Shown here piece by piece: positions 12,273 through 24,602 of a stretch of 64,000 nucleotides of DNA. Position 1 is the first letter of the stretch. Each line of letters begins with the position of its first letter. Under the pieces are notes generated by a model. It was not told where the DNA came from. It made no database searches and saw only the letters and a program-made list of their open reading frames with translations. Location of the stretch: positions 186,001 to 250,000 of the forward strand of contig OW569389.1 of assembly GCA_937625935.1 (NCBI GenBank), given 5' to 3'. This DNA comes from Tetramitus jugosus (taxonomy: Eukaryota > Protista > Heterolobosea). The position numbers were made by a program, and so were the translations under genes.

Positions 12273-13817
12273 TTATCCATCGAGCAGGAAGGGAGGTCTT
12301 GTTCGAACAGATTTGGAGAATCCAGACGAAGCAGACTTGGGAGCCAACGTTCCATTGTCCTCCATTTTTGATGGCTGAATGTGGGTGGCTCGATAGGTGG
12401 TAAAATTGACCAAGGAAGATTGTAGTACAGGATTCTCCCTCAAATCTGGATCCTTCATCTTTGGGACGATAAGGGTATCATTGTTCCGAATGAATCCACT
12501 CGCTTGTGCCTTCTTCTTGACCTCCTTTTTCATTTGCTCAAAGGGAATTTCTTCATTGTGAAATCGCAACTTTTCCCCGTTGTGGAACCTCTGTGTTGTG
12601 GTGATCATTGTATTGGGGTGATAGAGACTATCATAAGCCACAGGATCTCGTGCTTTCATCGTCTTCAGTACAGAAGGGTGTATGGTACTGGGATCATCGA
12701 CTTGTGATTTCACGCTGAAAGAGTCCATCGGTCTTGTTGAGAGACTGTTTGTTAAAGATTGCTCTGTTAATCGAGGAGCCCCACTACCCCCACTCACAGG
12801 ATATTCGCTCTTACTATATGCAGTCCAATTGTCTTTTCCTTTCATTGTTGTGGCTTGTTGGAGATGTTTCAAGACTTGATATGATTCTTTCGGTCCAAAA
12901 TGATCCATCCCGTACAGGTTCGTCCGATAATACTTCTTAGACGAGACAGCAGAATTACTAACAGTATCTCTGTATGTTGATTTATAGTTCTTACTACTAT
13001 GAAAGTCTACATCAACCACCCCAGTTGGACCCACTTTGGTTTGTCGTCTATTGTCCGAGAAACCTCCGGCAAACATCTTGTTTCTTAACTTATTGTTATG
13101 GTCATACAACTCATCAAGACTGGAGGGTAGTTGAGAATCTGCGATAGGTTTTCGGTTATGGAATGTACTAGTAGTTGTACTCATCTCCCTCGGTCCTTCT
13201 CCATCGTTCTCATATTCCACAGGATATCTAACCTTCATTGTTTTGAGAACCCGATCTGACACCACTGAGTGAGATTTCGGGTACTGTTTAGGAATGTAAC
13301 CTTTAACATTGGTAGTATGTCCATTCGGAAGTGATTTTTCGATAATAATACTAGTATTGTTGTTTTGCTTTTGCAAAGCTTCGTTCATACTGGTACTTTG
13401 TTGTTGATGATGAATTACAGAATTCTCTTTCTTGAAGGAAGATTTGGACATACTCTGTCGGTGAACGTCGTTGACAAATGGATCAATTAATCTATCCTTG
13501 TATTGTCTTACTTCGTTAGTGCTGAATGTTTGTGGGTTTCTGTGTTGGGAATAATTGTCTCTGAGAGGTCGAGGTGACTCGATAGGTTGATATGCAGTCT
13601 TGTTCGATGTGTGCCCTGTGCTAGTGGCTTTGGATTGACTCCATGAAGAAGAAGGTGTTGTTGATTCTGATCTTTTCTTACTTCTAAAATGGTTGGGATA
13701 CAAGATGCTGTTCGTTGTCGAATATATGCTCAACAGATTTCTCGATGGTCCAGCACTATTCAAATCCACCAATCCACATGGAGCAGAATGAGCTCTCGGT
13801 ATGTAGTTGCTATTCAT
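12273..13817 (-). CDS. Probable axonemal microtubule inner protein (SAXO4/PPP1R32-like)
   Basis: Basic, low-hydrophobicity 514 aa with Mn-motif-like units (STTTSTFH, STYRDT, TTTQRFH, TTYRATH), repeated [SG]GF[SI] motifs and an internal repeat VLKTMKxRxPVxY. Confidence 0.5.
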   Translation of the reverse strand: MNSNYIPRAHSAPCGLVDLNSAGPSRNLLSIYSTTNSILYPNHFRSKKRSESTTPSSSWSQSKATSTGHTSNKTAYQPIESPRPLRDNYSQHRNPQTFSTNEVRQYKDRLIDPFVNDVHRQSMSKSSFKKENSVIHHQQQSTSMNEALQKQNNNTSIIIEKSLPNGHTTNVKGYIPKQYPKSHSVVSDRVLKTMKVRYPVEYENDGEGPREMSTTTSTFHNRKPIADSQLPSSLDELYDHNNKLRNKMFAGGFSDNRRQTKVGPTGVVDVDFHSSKNYKSTYRDTVSNSAVSSKKYYRTNLYGMDHFGPKESYQVLKHLQQATTMKGKDNWTAYSKSEYPVSGGSGAPRLTEQSLTNSLSTRPMDSFSVKSQVDDPSTIHPSVLKTMKARDPVAYDSLYHPNTMITTTQRFHNGEKLRFHNEEIPFEQMKKEVKKKAQASGFIRNNDTLIVPKMKDPDLRENPVLQSSLVNFTTYRATHIQPSKMEDNGTLAPKSASSGFSKSVRTRPPFLLDG

Positions 13818-14113
13818 CTTCTTTTCTATCCTTACTGAGTTCTTTAGGTGAGTTGCTTCTGATTGTGGTCAACAAAACCTGGCTCTACTTGTAGATGAAC
13901 TGTTACCCGAATCAAAGTCCCAACGGACAGCTCAATAATTTATCCGCTCAGGTGTGTGAAAAAGATCATGATCTCGGACTACGGAGGGAATAACACGACA
14001 CCTTTTGGAGGAACAAACCCAGCATTTATCCACCTTTTTTTCCCCTTGCCAATTAATTCCACACAAACAAATCCAACACACAAACAAAACACAACACAAC
14101 AATAGGAAAAACC

Positions 14114-15462
14114 ATGGCTCTCCCATTGATTTTAGCAGCAACTTCATTTGCTTCCATTCTCTTGCAAAGAAACAAGGCATCATCTGTTTCTGTTCAACAA
14201 CAACAACAAAAGAAGAGACCAATGCCGTCTCAGAGTGAACTCAGACAGGCATTCATTGCAGTGTACGATGATCTCAAACACTTTTTGTTGAATGAATGCA
14301 AGGATCAATATGCACTTCCAGAAGAACACGTTTCCTACATTGCAAGAGTATGTTCACACACACACACACACACATTCACCCATCATCATCTCATTCAATA
14401 ACATGAATACAACAAAAAACAACAACAAAAAAACACAAACACACACATATGCTAACACAATACAAATAGTTGATGGACTACACTGTTCAAGGTGGAAAAT
14501 TGAATCGTGGTCTCTCTGTTGTGGAAACAGTCTTGTACATGCAGCCTGATGCAAGTGATGAAACACTGTACAAGGCAAGAATTGTTGGATGGTGCATTGA
14601 GTGGCTCCAAGCATTCTTCTTGGTCGCAGATGACATTATGGATGCTTCCATCACCAGAAGAGGTCAACCATGTTGGTACAAGTTGGAAGATGTGGGAATG
14701 GTGGCTTGCAATGACTACTTGATTCTCGAATCTCAAATCTACCGTATTCTCAAGCACTATTTTGCATCTGAATGTGACAGCAGCAGCAGCAGTGAGAATA
14801 CTCATGCAGTGTATTATCAATTGTTGAACCAGTTCCATGAGACAACATTCCAAACAGAGTTGGGTCAATTGAACGACACTCGTATTCAATTGTTGGACCC
14901 AGAGACGAAGCAATTGGATCTCAATCGTCTCAACATTACCACCTACAATCACATTGTCAAGTACAAGACATCGTACTACAGCTTCTATTTGCCGATCGTG
15001 TCTGGGTACATCTTGTTGGGACTGTCGGAGCAAAAGAATCGTCAACTCTTCCAATTGACTGAGAATATTTGTATTCAAATGGGAGAGTACTTCCAGATTC
15101 AAGACGATTTCTTGGACTGTTATGGCAGTCCAGAGGTCATTGGAAAGATTGGACGTGATATCGAAGAGGGCAAATGCTGTTGGATTGTCATTCAAGCATT
15201 GAACAAGTGCACCACTCCAGAGCAGAAGCAAATTATTCAGGATCACTATGGAAGAGACAATGAGAATGATGTGGCCATTATTAAGCAACTGTACTCTGAT
15301 TTGGATATTGTGTCCGTGTACAAGCAGTACGAGTCAGAGACATGCAAGCAATTGACCTCATTGATTGATGATTTGGTCAAGAGGCAACAAGTGTTGGGTG
15401 TTCATGTCAATGGACAAGTCTTCCACAGTTTCTTGGACAAGATTTCCTCCAGAACAAAGTAA
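14114..15462 (+). CDS. FDPS: Farnesyl diphosphate synthase, 2 exons: 14114-14347, 14470-15462
   Basis: GGKLNRG, FARM QAFFLVADDIMD (FF chain-length determinant of FPPS), KTSYYSFYLP, SARM FQIQDDFLD; intron 14348-14469 GTATGT...GCTAAC...TAG, phase 0. Confidence 0.95.
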
Positions 15463-15571
15463 CTTCATTTAGTTATGTTGAATTGCATCATATAAAACAA
15501 ATGAATTCCGATCGATTACGGATTGGGAAATCACATTTTGAAAAATTGATGAACATGAATGATTATTCTAC

Positions 15572-15597
15572 TGTGTGTGTGTGTGTGTGTGTGTGTG
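15572..15597. repeat. (TG)n microsatellite between converging FPPS and Rab6 3' ends
   Basis: Perfect TG run seen directly. Confidence 0.9.
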
Positions 15598-15618
15598 TTT
15601 ATTAGAGTCAGATGACAC

Positions 15619-18085
<2,467 letters not shown>

Positions 18086-18123
18086 TTTCATGTCTAGTCT
18101 CTATAGTCTACTACTGTCTGTAT

Positions 18124-19393
18124 TCATTCACTGTTTGTTTGGATGCAAATGTCACACAAGTGTATGTCAAGTGAGGCTTGATACAATCGCTGTGGCATCT
18201 CATTGTTCTTCAATACAACAGAATAGATTTGTTCCTTACCATAGTATGGAGCCAGATAGAGATAGAAATGGTTATCACTCACCTCAAACGAGGAATTCTT
18301 CTTTGGTTGGAAAATAGAAGCAAAGTTCAGGTCCATTCGGATGTGAGAGTTTAACATTGTCCATTGCAAGGTCAAACAATCCAATATATAGAACAGAATC
18401 TCTCCATTGGTTCTTGTCGTCTTGGTGGGTTCACTTTCTTGCAACACGAGTATCTTTGGTTCTGATCCCCTGATCACAACTACTGATTTTGGACAACTTG
18501 GCTCCCAGCTACCAGGTGCTTTTCCAGTTGCATTCACCTTTTGCCAGCCTCTACTCTCCTTGCTCAAGTCAAATGTCCAAAGATCATCAAGGGTAGAACC
18601 ACAAGCTTCATTTGTCCAAAGATCTCCAAATTCAGCACCACCATACATGAGCAGCTTTTGCTGACTTGCCAAGTGAACCAGAGTGGACTTGCCTCGTGAA
18701 CTTGGCTCAACAGCTGAATTCAATTTTCGCCATGAACCCAATCGAACATCGAAGCGATAGAGACCATTGATGCCTCCAAATGCCACCAAGTAAGGCCCGG
18801 TATCATCTAGAGCTTGATCCATGGTACTTGTTCGACAATACTCTAAACTCGTGTATTCGCCCTCACCATCTCCTTTTTCTTCACTAAAATGAAATGGAGC
18901 AGCAACATCAATGAAATTCCACTCCTCTCTGCTCTCCAACGAATTAAACTCATACACATCCCCCAAATAGCCTTCAGCACCTCCGAATTGATATGCCCTC
19001 TCATCCCCATCTGACACTACAGCAAATGATCCTCTGCTCGTTCGATGTTCGTCATTAGATGGGTGATGGAGAAAGAAGGGTTAAACAGATTAATGTTATG
19101 GCACTAACTAGAGTATGACGACTCACAACTACTTACACTGCCGTATAGTATCCATATGCGGATTCCAATTTTTTCACTTCTGCCCACTTCATGCTCTCCA
19201 TGTCTAATTCATACAGCTTTTGCCATTCTCGATGAGTACTTAGGAAGAACCATGAATTCCCACATTGGAACGAGTGAGTTGGTCTTGAGGGATCATGTTT
19301 CCATATAATCTCATGATCCCAGTGGTTTCTGGGAGAATTTGTGTTCCAGTTCTCGCAATGCTTGGTGCATTCTCTCACGAACGGTGACTTCAT
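18124..19393 (-). CDS. Kelch-like beta-propeller protein, paralog A, 2 exons: 19393-19137, 19033-18124
   Basis: Kelch-type YQFGG, VAFGG, LMYGG...DDLWTFDL..W; phase-2 intron 19034-19136 (GTAAGT...CTAAT...CAG). Confidence 0.75.
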
Positions 19394-19454
19394 TTTGTGG
19401 GGAACTTGTCTTTTGGTTTTTTTCTTTATTCTGCACGTTTTGACTGTGACTGGT

Positions 19455-20673
19455 TCAGTCGAAGGCAATGACAATATCGCACAAGTGTCCCTGAAGTGAT
19501 GCGTGATACAATCGCTGTGGCATCTCATTGTTCTTCAAGAAAATGTAATAGATTCGCTGATGACCATGCGGCGAAGCCATATAGAGGTAGCACTGATTTC
19601 CATCCAACGACGAAGAGTACTTTGGTTGGAAGATAGAGGCAAATATCAGTTCCATTTGAATGTGAGAGTTGAATCTTGTCCAGTGCAAGGTCAGGCAATC
19701 CAAGAAGTAAAACACAATCTCTTTTCTTGTCATAGCGGTATCACTCTCTTGCAACACGAGCATCTTTGGCTCGGAACCCTTAATCACCACTACTGATTTG
19801 GTACGAGCAGTGTTTGACGAGTTGTTGTTACAATTCTCTGGTGCTGTTCCAGTTGCATACACTCTCTGCCAACCCCTTCTCTCCTTACTCAAGTCAAATG
19901 TCCACAAATCATCAAAGGTCAAATCACAAGTCGACCATTTCCACAGAGCATCCAGTGTAGCTCCACCGTACATGAGCAACCTTTGCTGACTTGCCAAGTA
20001 AACCAGAGTGGACTTGCCTCGTATCTTTGGATGAACAATAGAGTGCAATTTGGACCATGATCTCGATTGGATATCAAAGCAACATATGCCATTGAGATCA
20101 CAAAATGTCAATAAACAAGGCCGTCGACAATTCCTACTACTACTACTGCTTCTGGCCTCCTCCTCATCCTCCTCCACCACATTAGAATCATTGTTTGCAC
20201 TTCTATTCTTGTTCGACATCAATAATGGTTGTTGTTGTTCTTCAACTAGCTCACAATACTCTAAACCCGGGTGTTCGTGCTGATGATAGAATCGAAATGC
20301 ACCTGCAGTTCGAACCAAATTCCACTGTCTGTTCCTCTTCACAGAAGAATCAAATGCCAGTACATCTTGGATGGGACTACTGAACAAGGGCTCACAACCT
20401 CCGAACCGATAGGCTCGCGCATGGCCATCAGACACGATCCGAAACGAATCACTTTCAATGGTCTGTCAGTGATGCATTGCTTGAGCGAAAGCATGACAGA
20501 GAATACCACCTTACATACCTAGTGCTTCGTGCGTGTAGGTTCATCTCTGTCACTTGTGCCCACTTGATTCTCTCCATGTCCAATTCGTTTCGCTTCTCTC
20601 CCTCTTCATGAAGACTCAGGAAGAACCATGAGTTGGAACACTCTTTTTGGTGACGATTGGAACCAGCACTCAT
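19455..20673 (-). CDS. Kelch-like beta-propeller protein, paralog B, 2 exons: 20673-20519, 20451-19455
   Basis: Colinear with paralog A (NSWFFLS, RGKSTLV, DDLWTFDLSKE, KNNEMPQRLY); phase-2 intron 20452-20518 (GTATGT...CTGAC...AAG) at the equivalent position. Confidence 0.75.
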
Positions 20674-21089
20674 GCTTTTGGAGGTTTACTGAGATCAAAC
20701 GTATCCAACCTCTAATTCTTCCTCGGTAGCAGAACTCTCATAAACAGCACAATGCAGAAACGAGTAAATATTTACTTAAACTTTGCAATTTATACTTTAT
20801 TTACATCATTTAATGATATTTCGTATATACGACAATTAATTTGATTGTAATTATAGTATTTATTAAATAATATTATTTTTAATCGTTGTGTATTACGTTA
20901 ATAATAAGCATTGTTTGATGTCTCAAGCAAAATTTAGGCTCGATAAAATGTTCCACTGGTTGAATGGCTGGGGCCACAAGCAACACTTTGGGCAGTTCTT
21001 GAACCTTTGGAAGAACAAAGCAAACACGAATTCAGTAGTTCAAATTCGAATCGTTTCAATATTTCAATAACAGCACGACTTGTAGATCC

Positions 21090-24000
21090 ATGTTGAGTCG
21101 AGATGATGACGCACGCGACTCATTGAGTAGTAGTCGAGGCAGTGTTGTTGGAATCACCAAGATAATTTTGATGAACAATAGGAGACGAAGAAGAAAGGAA
21201 GGAGTAACACCAACAACAGCTACATCTAGGTCATCATCCTCTCTTCAACTACGCCAGGAAGAAGAAGCAGAAGAAGACCTGAGTGCCATGACAACAAGTT
21301 CACAACAACAACAAGAGTATGGATTTAAGTTCAATCCAGTACACAACAGTAACGATAATAATGATCGAATCATCGGAAGAGAACAACAACCACAGCAACT
21401 ATTGAAGAACAAGCATACGACTGTTCACCATCATTATCATCATATGGGTGATTCAAGTGAGGAAGAAGACAACACACCGATTCGTATGCCAGAACAATAC
21501 GAAATCTCTCCTCACGTCTCACACATCAAAGCCATGGTCAAAGTACTAAAGAGTATCACTGATGCACCATTGAATAATCACACCACTCCTAATTCGACTC
21601 TTAACAACAGTACAATGACTCTAGCAACAGGAGGAGCAGATATCCATTCTATTCACACGAGTACAACAATGGACAGCAGTCATCATCTTCCAATGAACAA
21701 TGCGACAACAACAACCACAATGAATGGCTCATCTGACCTGTTGACAGGTAGACCTACAATGAATCAATTGATTCTATCCATGTCTTATCTGAGAGACCTC
21801 GATTTAACAGATGTGAGTAATCAGTATGCCATTGTTGAATCTCATGGCATCGTACCACTTCTCAAACTCTTCTCCTTTAAGCAGAATGACGAGATTCGAA
21901 TAGGAGCTGCCTCTATTCTCAGTATTCTGTCCAAGAATAGTCGCATTCAATTGAAAATTGCAGATGAGACAGGAGTGTTGTTACTACTAAAGGTATTGAG
22001 CGAGAATGATAGTGCTCGATCATTGACTGACTCTGAGTATCCACATACGGACTCTTCTTTGCCGTCATCCAGTAGAAGACACAGAGTCCAACCATCCTCA
22101 AACTTGCCCAGTGCTCGAAATCAAAACTCAAACGCGAACACTAATACTGGCATAAGACAGCACGGGCTAATGACATGCAACAATGGAAAAACAAAATCAT
22201 CTGAAGACTTCATTGTATTCCAGTGCTTAGTGTGTGAAATACTGGCCAACTGCTGTGAGAGAGTCATTGTTCGAAGAATTTTTCGAAACAATCAAGGTCT
22301 TATGATCATACTGTCCTTCCTGAGACAACATGGGCATTTCTTTTCTCGCATTGACGGTCACCATCATCAATCTGAAGCCAGTAGAGCTAGAAGCATCAAA
22401 CTGAAGAACCTGAGTACATTTCTCAAGAGAAATCACCCCTCGTATTCTCAACCAATATCTTCTTTCAAGAGAAAGAAACTGAACGAACAACTACTGATTA
22501 TTCATAGTTCTATTCGAGTCTTGTGGAGCGCACTCAAGAGTAAGAAGAATCAGGAGATACTGAGAAGACAAGAAGGGATCAAGATATTGTCCTTTTTCTT
22601 GGAGAGCATTATGCAGTACTACATGTTCTACCTGTCACAACAATCTCTCAACAATCTCGCTTTTGAAACGGGCGCTGAGGGTCCGTTGAAGTTGGAATCT
22701 CCGATCAAAAGCTTAGTCCCTCTCATCGGATGTTTCATGAGGTGTGCTGAGAATACTAGAGCGAGAAGAGAGATGGAAGATAGTGGAGTTGTTGACAAAC
22801 TATTCAAAGTCGCTCAAACACTGAACAAGAACGTCGAATATGGACAGGAGTTGGATTTACAGATTGTTGTTGCAGGACTGATCAATGAACTATGCTCTGA
22901 TGATAGTGCGAGAAAGAAATTAAAATCTTATGGAATTACATCTATATTTGGACAATGGATCAGGCAATATGATGGAACAGAGAAGTTAACACCATCATCA
23001 AAGAAGAGAGTTGTGTATTTGCTTGAGTTGTTGACGGGAGCTTTGTGGAAGAGTACCCAATTGGAAGTTAATTCAGTGGATCTTATGAGATTGGACATGA
23101 TGATCATTCTCGTCAATCTTATCTCACAGAACAACCCACTGTTCGAGAATTCTTTGCAACAATCACTTGGCAACTGTGAGAACATTGTGAAGATATCGTG
23201 TACAGGAATCATGTCCAATTGCGCACGCTTACCTGAGTGTCGAGAAGAGATGCATAAGACAGGTGTTGTAACAATTTTGTGTCAGTTGTTTAGTATCTCG
23301 GCTTCTACTCCACTGTTAGTCAATTGCTTAGATACTTTGGGTTTCATTGCTGATTCATCTGATATTTTAGGAGTAGTGTTGGAGGAGAATGGTATGAGAG
23401 CAATTTGGACCATGTTGCGAAGTGATAATCCACCTGTTCAAGCTGCTGCAGCTAGGGCCATTTGTAATTGTGTTAATAATCCTGAAGTAGCTGCCAGGAT
23501 TGGAGAAATTTTTGTTAGTGGAATGGCAGCTCTCGTGAGAACGCTTGAACAGAGTAATGATCATCAAGTGGTTGGATACTGCTGCCAAGCGATTGCTAAA
23601 ATGAGCTTGTATGAGACAAATCGAGCAGTGTTAACTGAAGAAGGAGCACTGTTGCAACTGTCTCGTGTGTTACAAGCCACTCGAATTCAATTCGATGAAG
23701 TAATTAACTTCATGGGTCAATCCTTGTACTGTAAGACACAAAAAAGTCACAACAATCATGGTGTATCTGGAAGCAACACTCCAGTGTTGACCTATTCTAT
23801 CGATAAGATTGATAGTTTGAATTTGAACAGTCCCGTTCTGAATAAGAGACTATTGGATATCTTGTTTGTGAAATCTCATGCATCAACGGCAATAGGAGAA
23901 CTTGCCAAGAGAAAGGGAAACAAGACTAAGTTGTATGAGTATGGAGCCGTGGAACCACTAGTAGAAAACTTGATGCTCCATCCATTTTTGCAAGCTCACT

Positions 24001-24515
24001 TTATGGCCAATAATGATCAAACTGTGGACAACTTCACCATGATTGAGATTGTTGGCAAACACAATTCAAAAACCAACTCCTACAACCAATCTGAGGTTGT
24101 CACTAATCCTCCATTGTCATGTACACCTCCCTTCACTTGTAACAGTACTGTTTGTGCAAAGAATTCATTGAAAATGGCTTCTTTGATGGTCCCTGATCTC
24201 GACTGCTACTATTGTCATCTATTCAGAAACAGTTCTTATGCTCTCAGCATTCTCTCCGAAGAAAAAATAATTGCAATCGCATTGAGGATGTGTAACTGTG
24301 TTTCATTATTAACGAAACTATTGAGCTCCAGGAATGATGACCTCCAAATTGCAGCTGCCACTTGCGCCAGCAATATTCGAAAGTATCATGTGAGTGCGAC
24401 GAAGGTAGCGGGAAACACAACATTGTTGGCTCCACCGACAATAAGACCGTCGTTGAAAAGTAGAGCCTCTGTAGTGTCGTCCTACAGTATGAGAAACGAA
24501 GATTTAGACTTATGA
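21090..24515 (+). CDS. ODAD2: Armadillo-repeat outer dynein arm docking complex subunit 2 (ARMC4-like)
   Basis: ARM repeats with ARMC4-like segments LRDLDLTDVSNQYAI, GMRAIWTMLRSDNPPVQAAAARAICNCVNN...FVSGM, NRAVLTEEG and terminal LQIAAATCASNIRK; exact start uncertain. Confidence 0.75.
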   Translation: MLSRDDDARDSLSSSRGSVVGITKIILMNNRRRRRKEGVTPTTATSRSSSSLQLRQEEEAEEDLSAMTTSSQQQQEYGFKFNPVHNSNDNNDRIIGREQQPQQLLKNKHTTVHHHYHHMGDSSEEEDNTPIRMPEQYEISPHVSHIKAMVKVLKSITDAPLNNHTTPNSTLNNSTMTLATGGADIHSIHTSTTMDSSHHLPMNNATTTTTMNGSSDLLTGRPTMNQLILSMSYLRDLDLTDVSNQYAIVESHGIVPLLKLFSFKQNDEIRIGAASILSILSKNSRIQLKIADETGVLLLLKVLSENDSARSLTDSEYPHTDSSLPSSSRRHRVQPSSNLPSARNQNSNANTNTGIRQHGLMTCNNGKTKSSEDFIVFQCLVCEILANCCERVIVRRIFRNNQGLMIILSFLRQHGHFFSRIDGHHHQSEASRARSIKLKNLSTFLKRNHPSYSQPISSFKRKKLNEQLLIIHSSIRVLWSALKSKKNQEILRRQEGIKILSFFLESIMQYYMFYLSQQSLNNLAFETGAEGPLKLESPIKSLVPLIGCFMRCAENTRARREMEDSGVVDKLFKVAQTLNKNVEYGQELDLQIVVAGLINELCSDDSARKKLKSYGITSIFGQWIRQYDGTEKLTPSSKKRVVYLLELLTGALWKSTQLEVNSVDLMRLDMMIILVNLISQNNPLFENSLQQSLGNCENIVKISCTGIMSNCARLPECREEMHKTGVVTILCQLFSISASTPLLVNCLDTLGFIADSSDILGVVLEENGMRAIWTMLRSDNPPVQAAAARAICNCVNNPEVAARIGEIFVSGMAALVRTLEQSNDHQVVGYCCQAIAKMSLYETNRAVLTEEGALLQLSRVLQATRIQFDEVINFMGQSLYCKTQKSHNNHGVSGSNTPVLTYSIDKIDSLNLNSPVLNKRLLDILFVKSHASTAIGELAKRKGNKTKLYEYGAVEPLVENLMLHPFLQAHFMANNDQTVDNFTMIEIVGKHNSKTNSYNQSEVVTNPPLSCTPPFTCNSTVCAKNSLKMASLMVPDLDCYYCHLFRNSSYALSILSEEKIIAIALRMCNCVSLLTKLLSSRNDDLQIAAATCASNIRKYHVSATKVAGNTTLLAPPTIRPSLKSRASVVSSYSMRNEDLDL

Positions 24516-24602
24516 TTCAGATTTCCTAATGCCCTGTCAAACATATCAAAGAGGGAACTTAGAATCCTCTAAGCATTAAAGTTCCTAACTATTGTTTGAT
24601 AA

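Noticed and set aside
14452-15288. 278-aa antisense ORF over FPPS (also 4139-4675 over RPT3)
   Set aside because: Antisense openness explained by codon bias of conserved genes; no motifs
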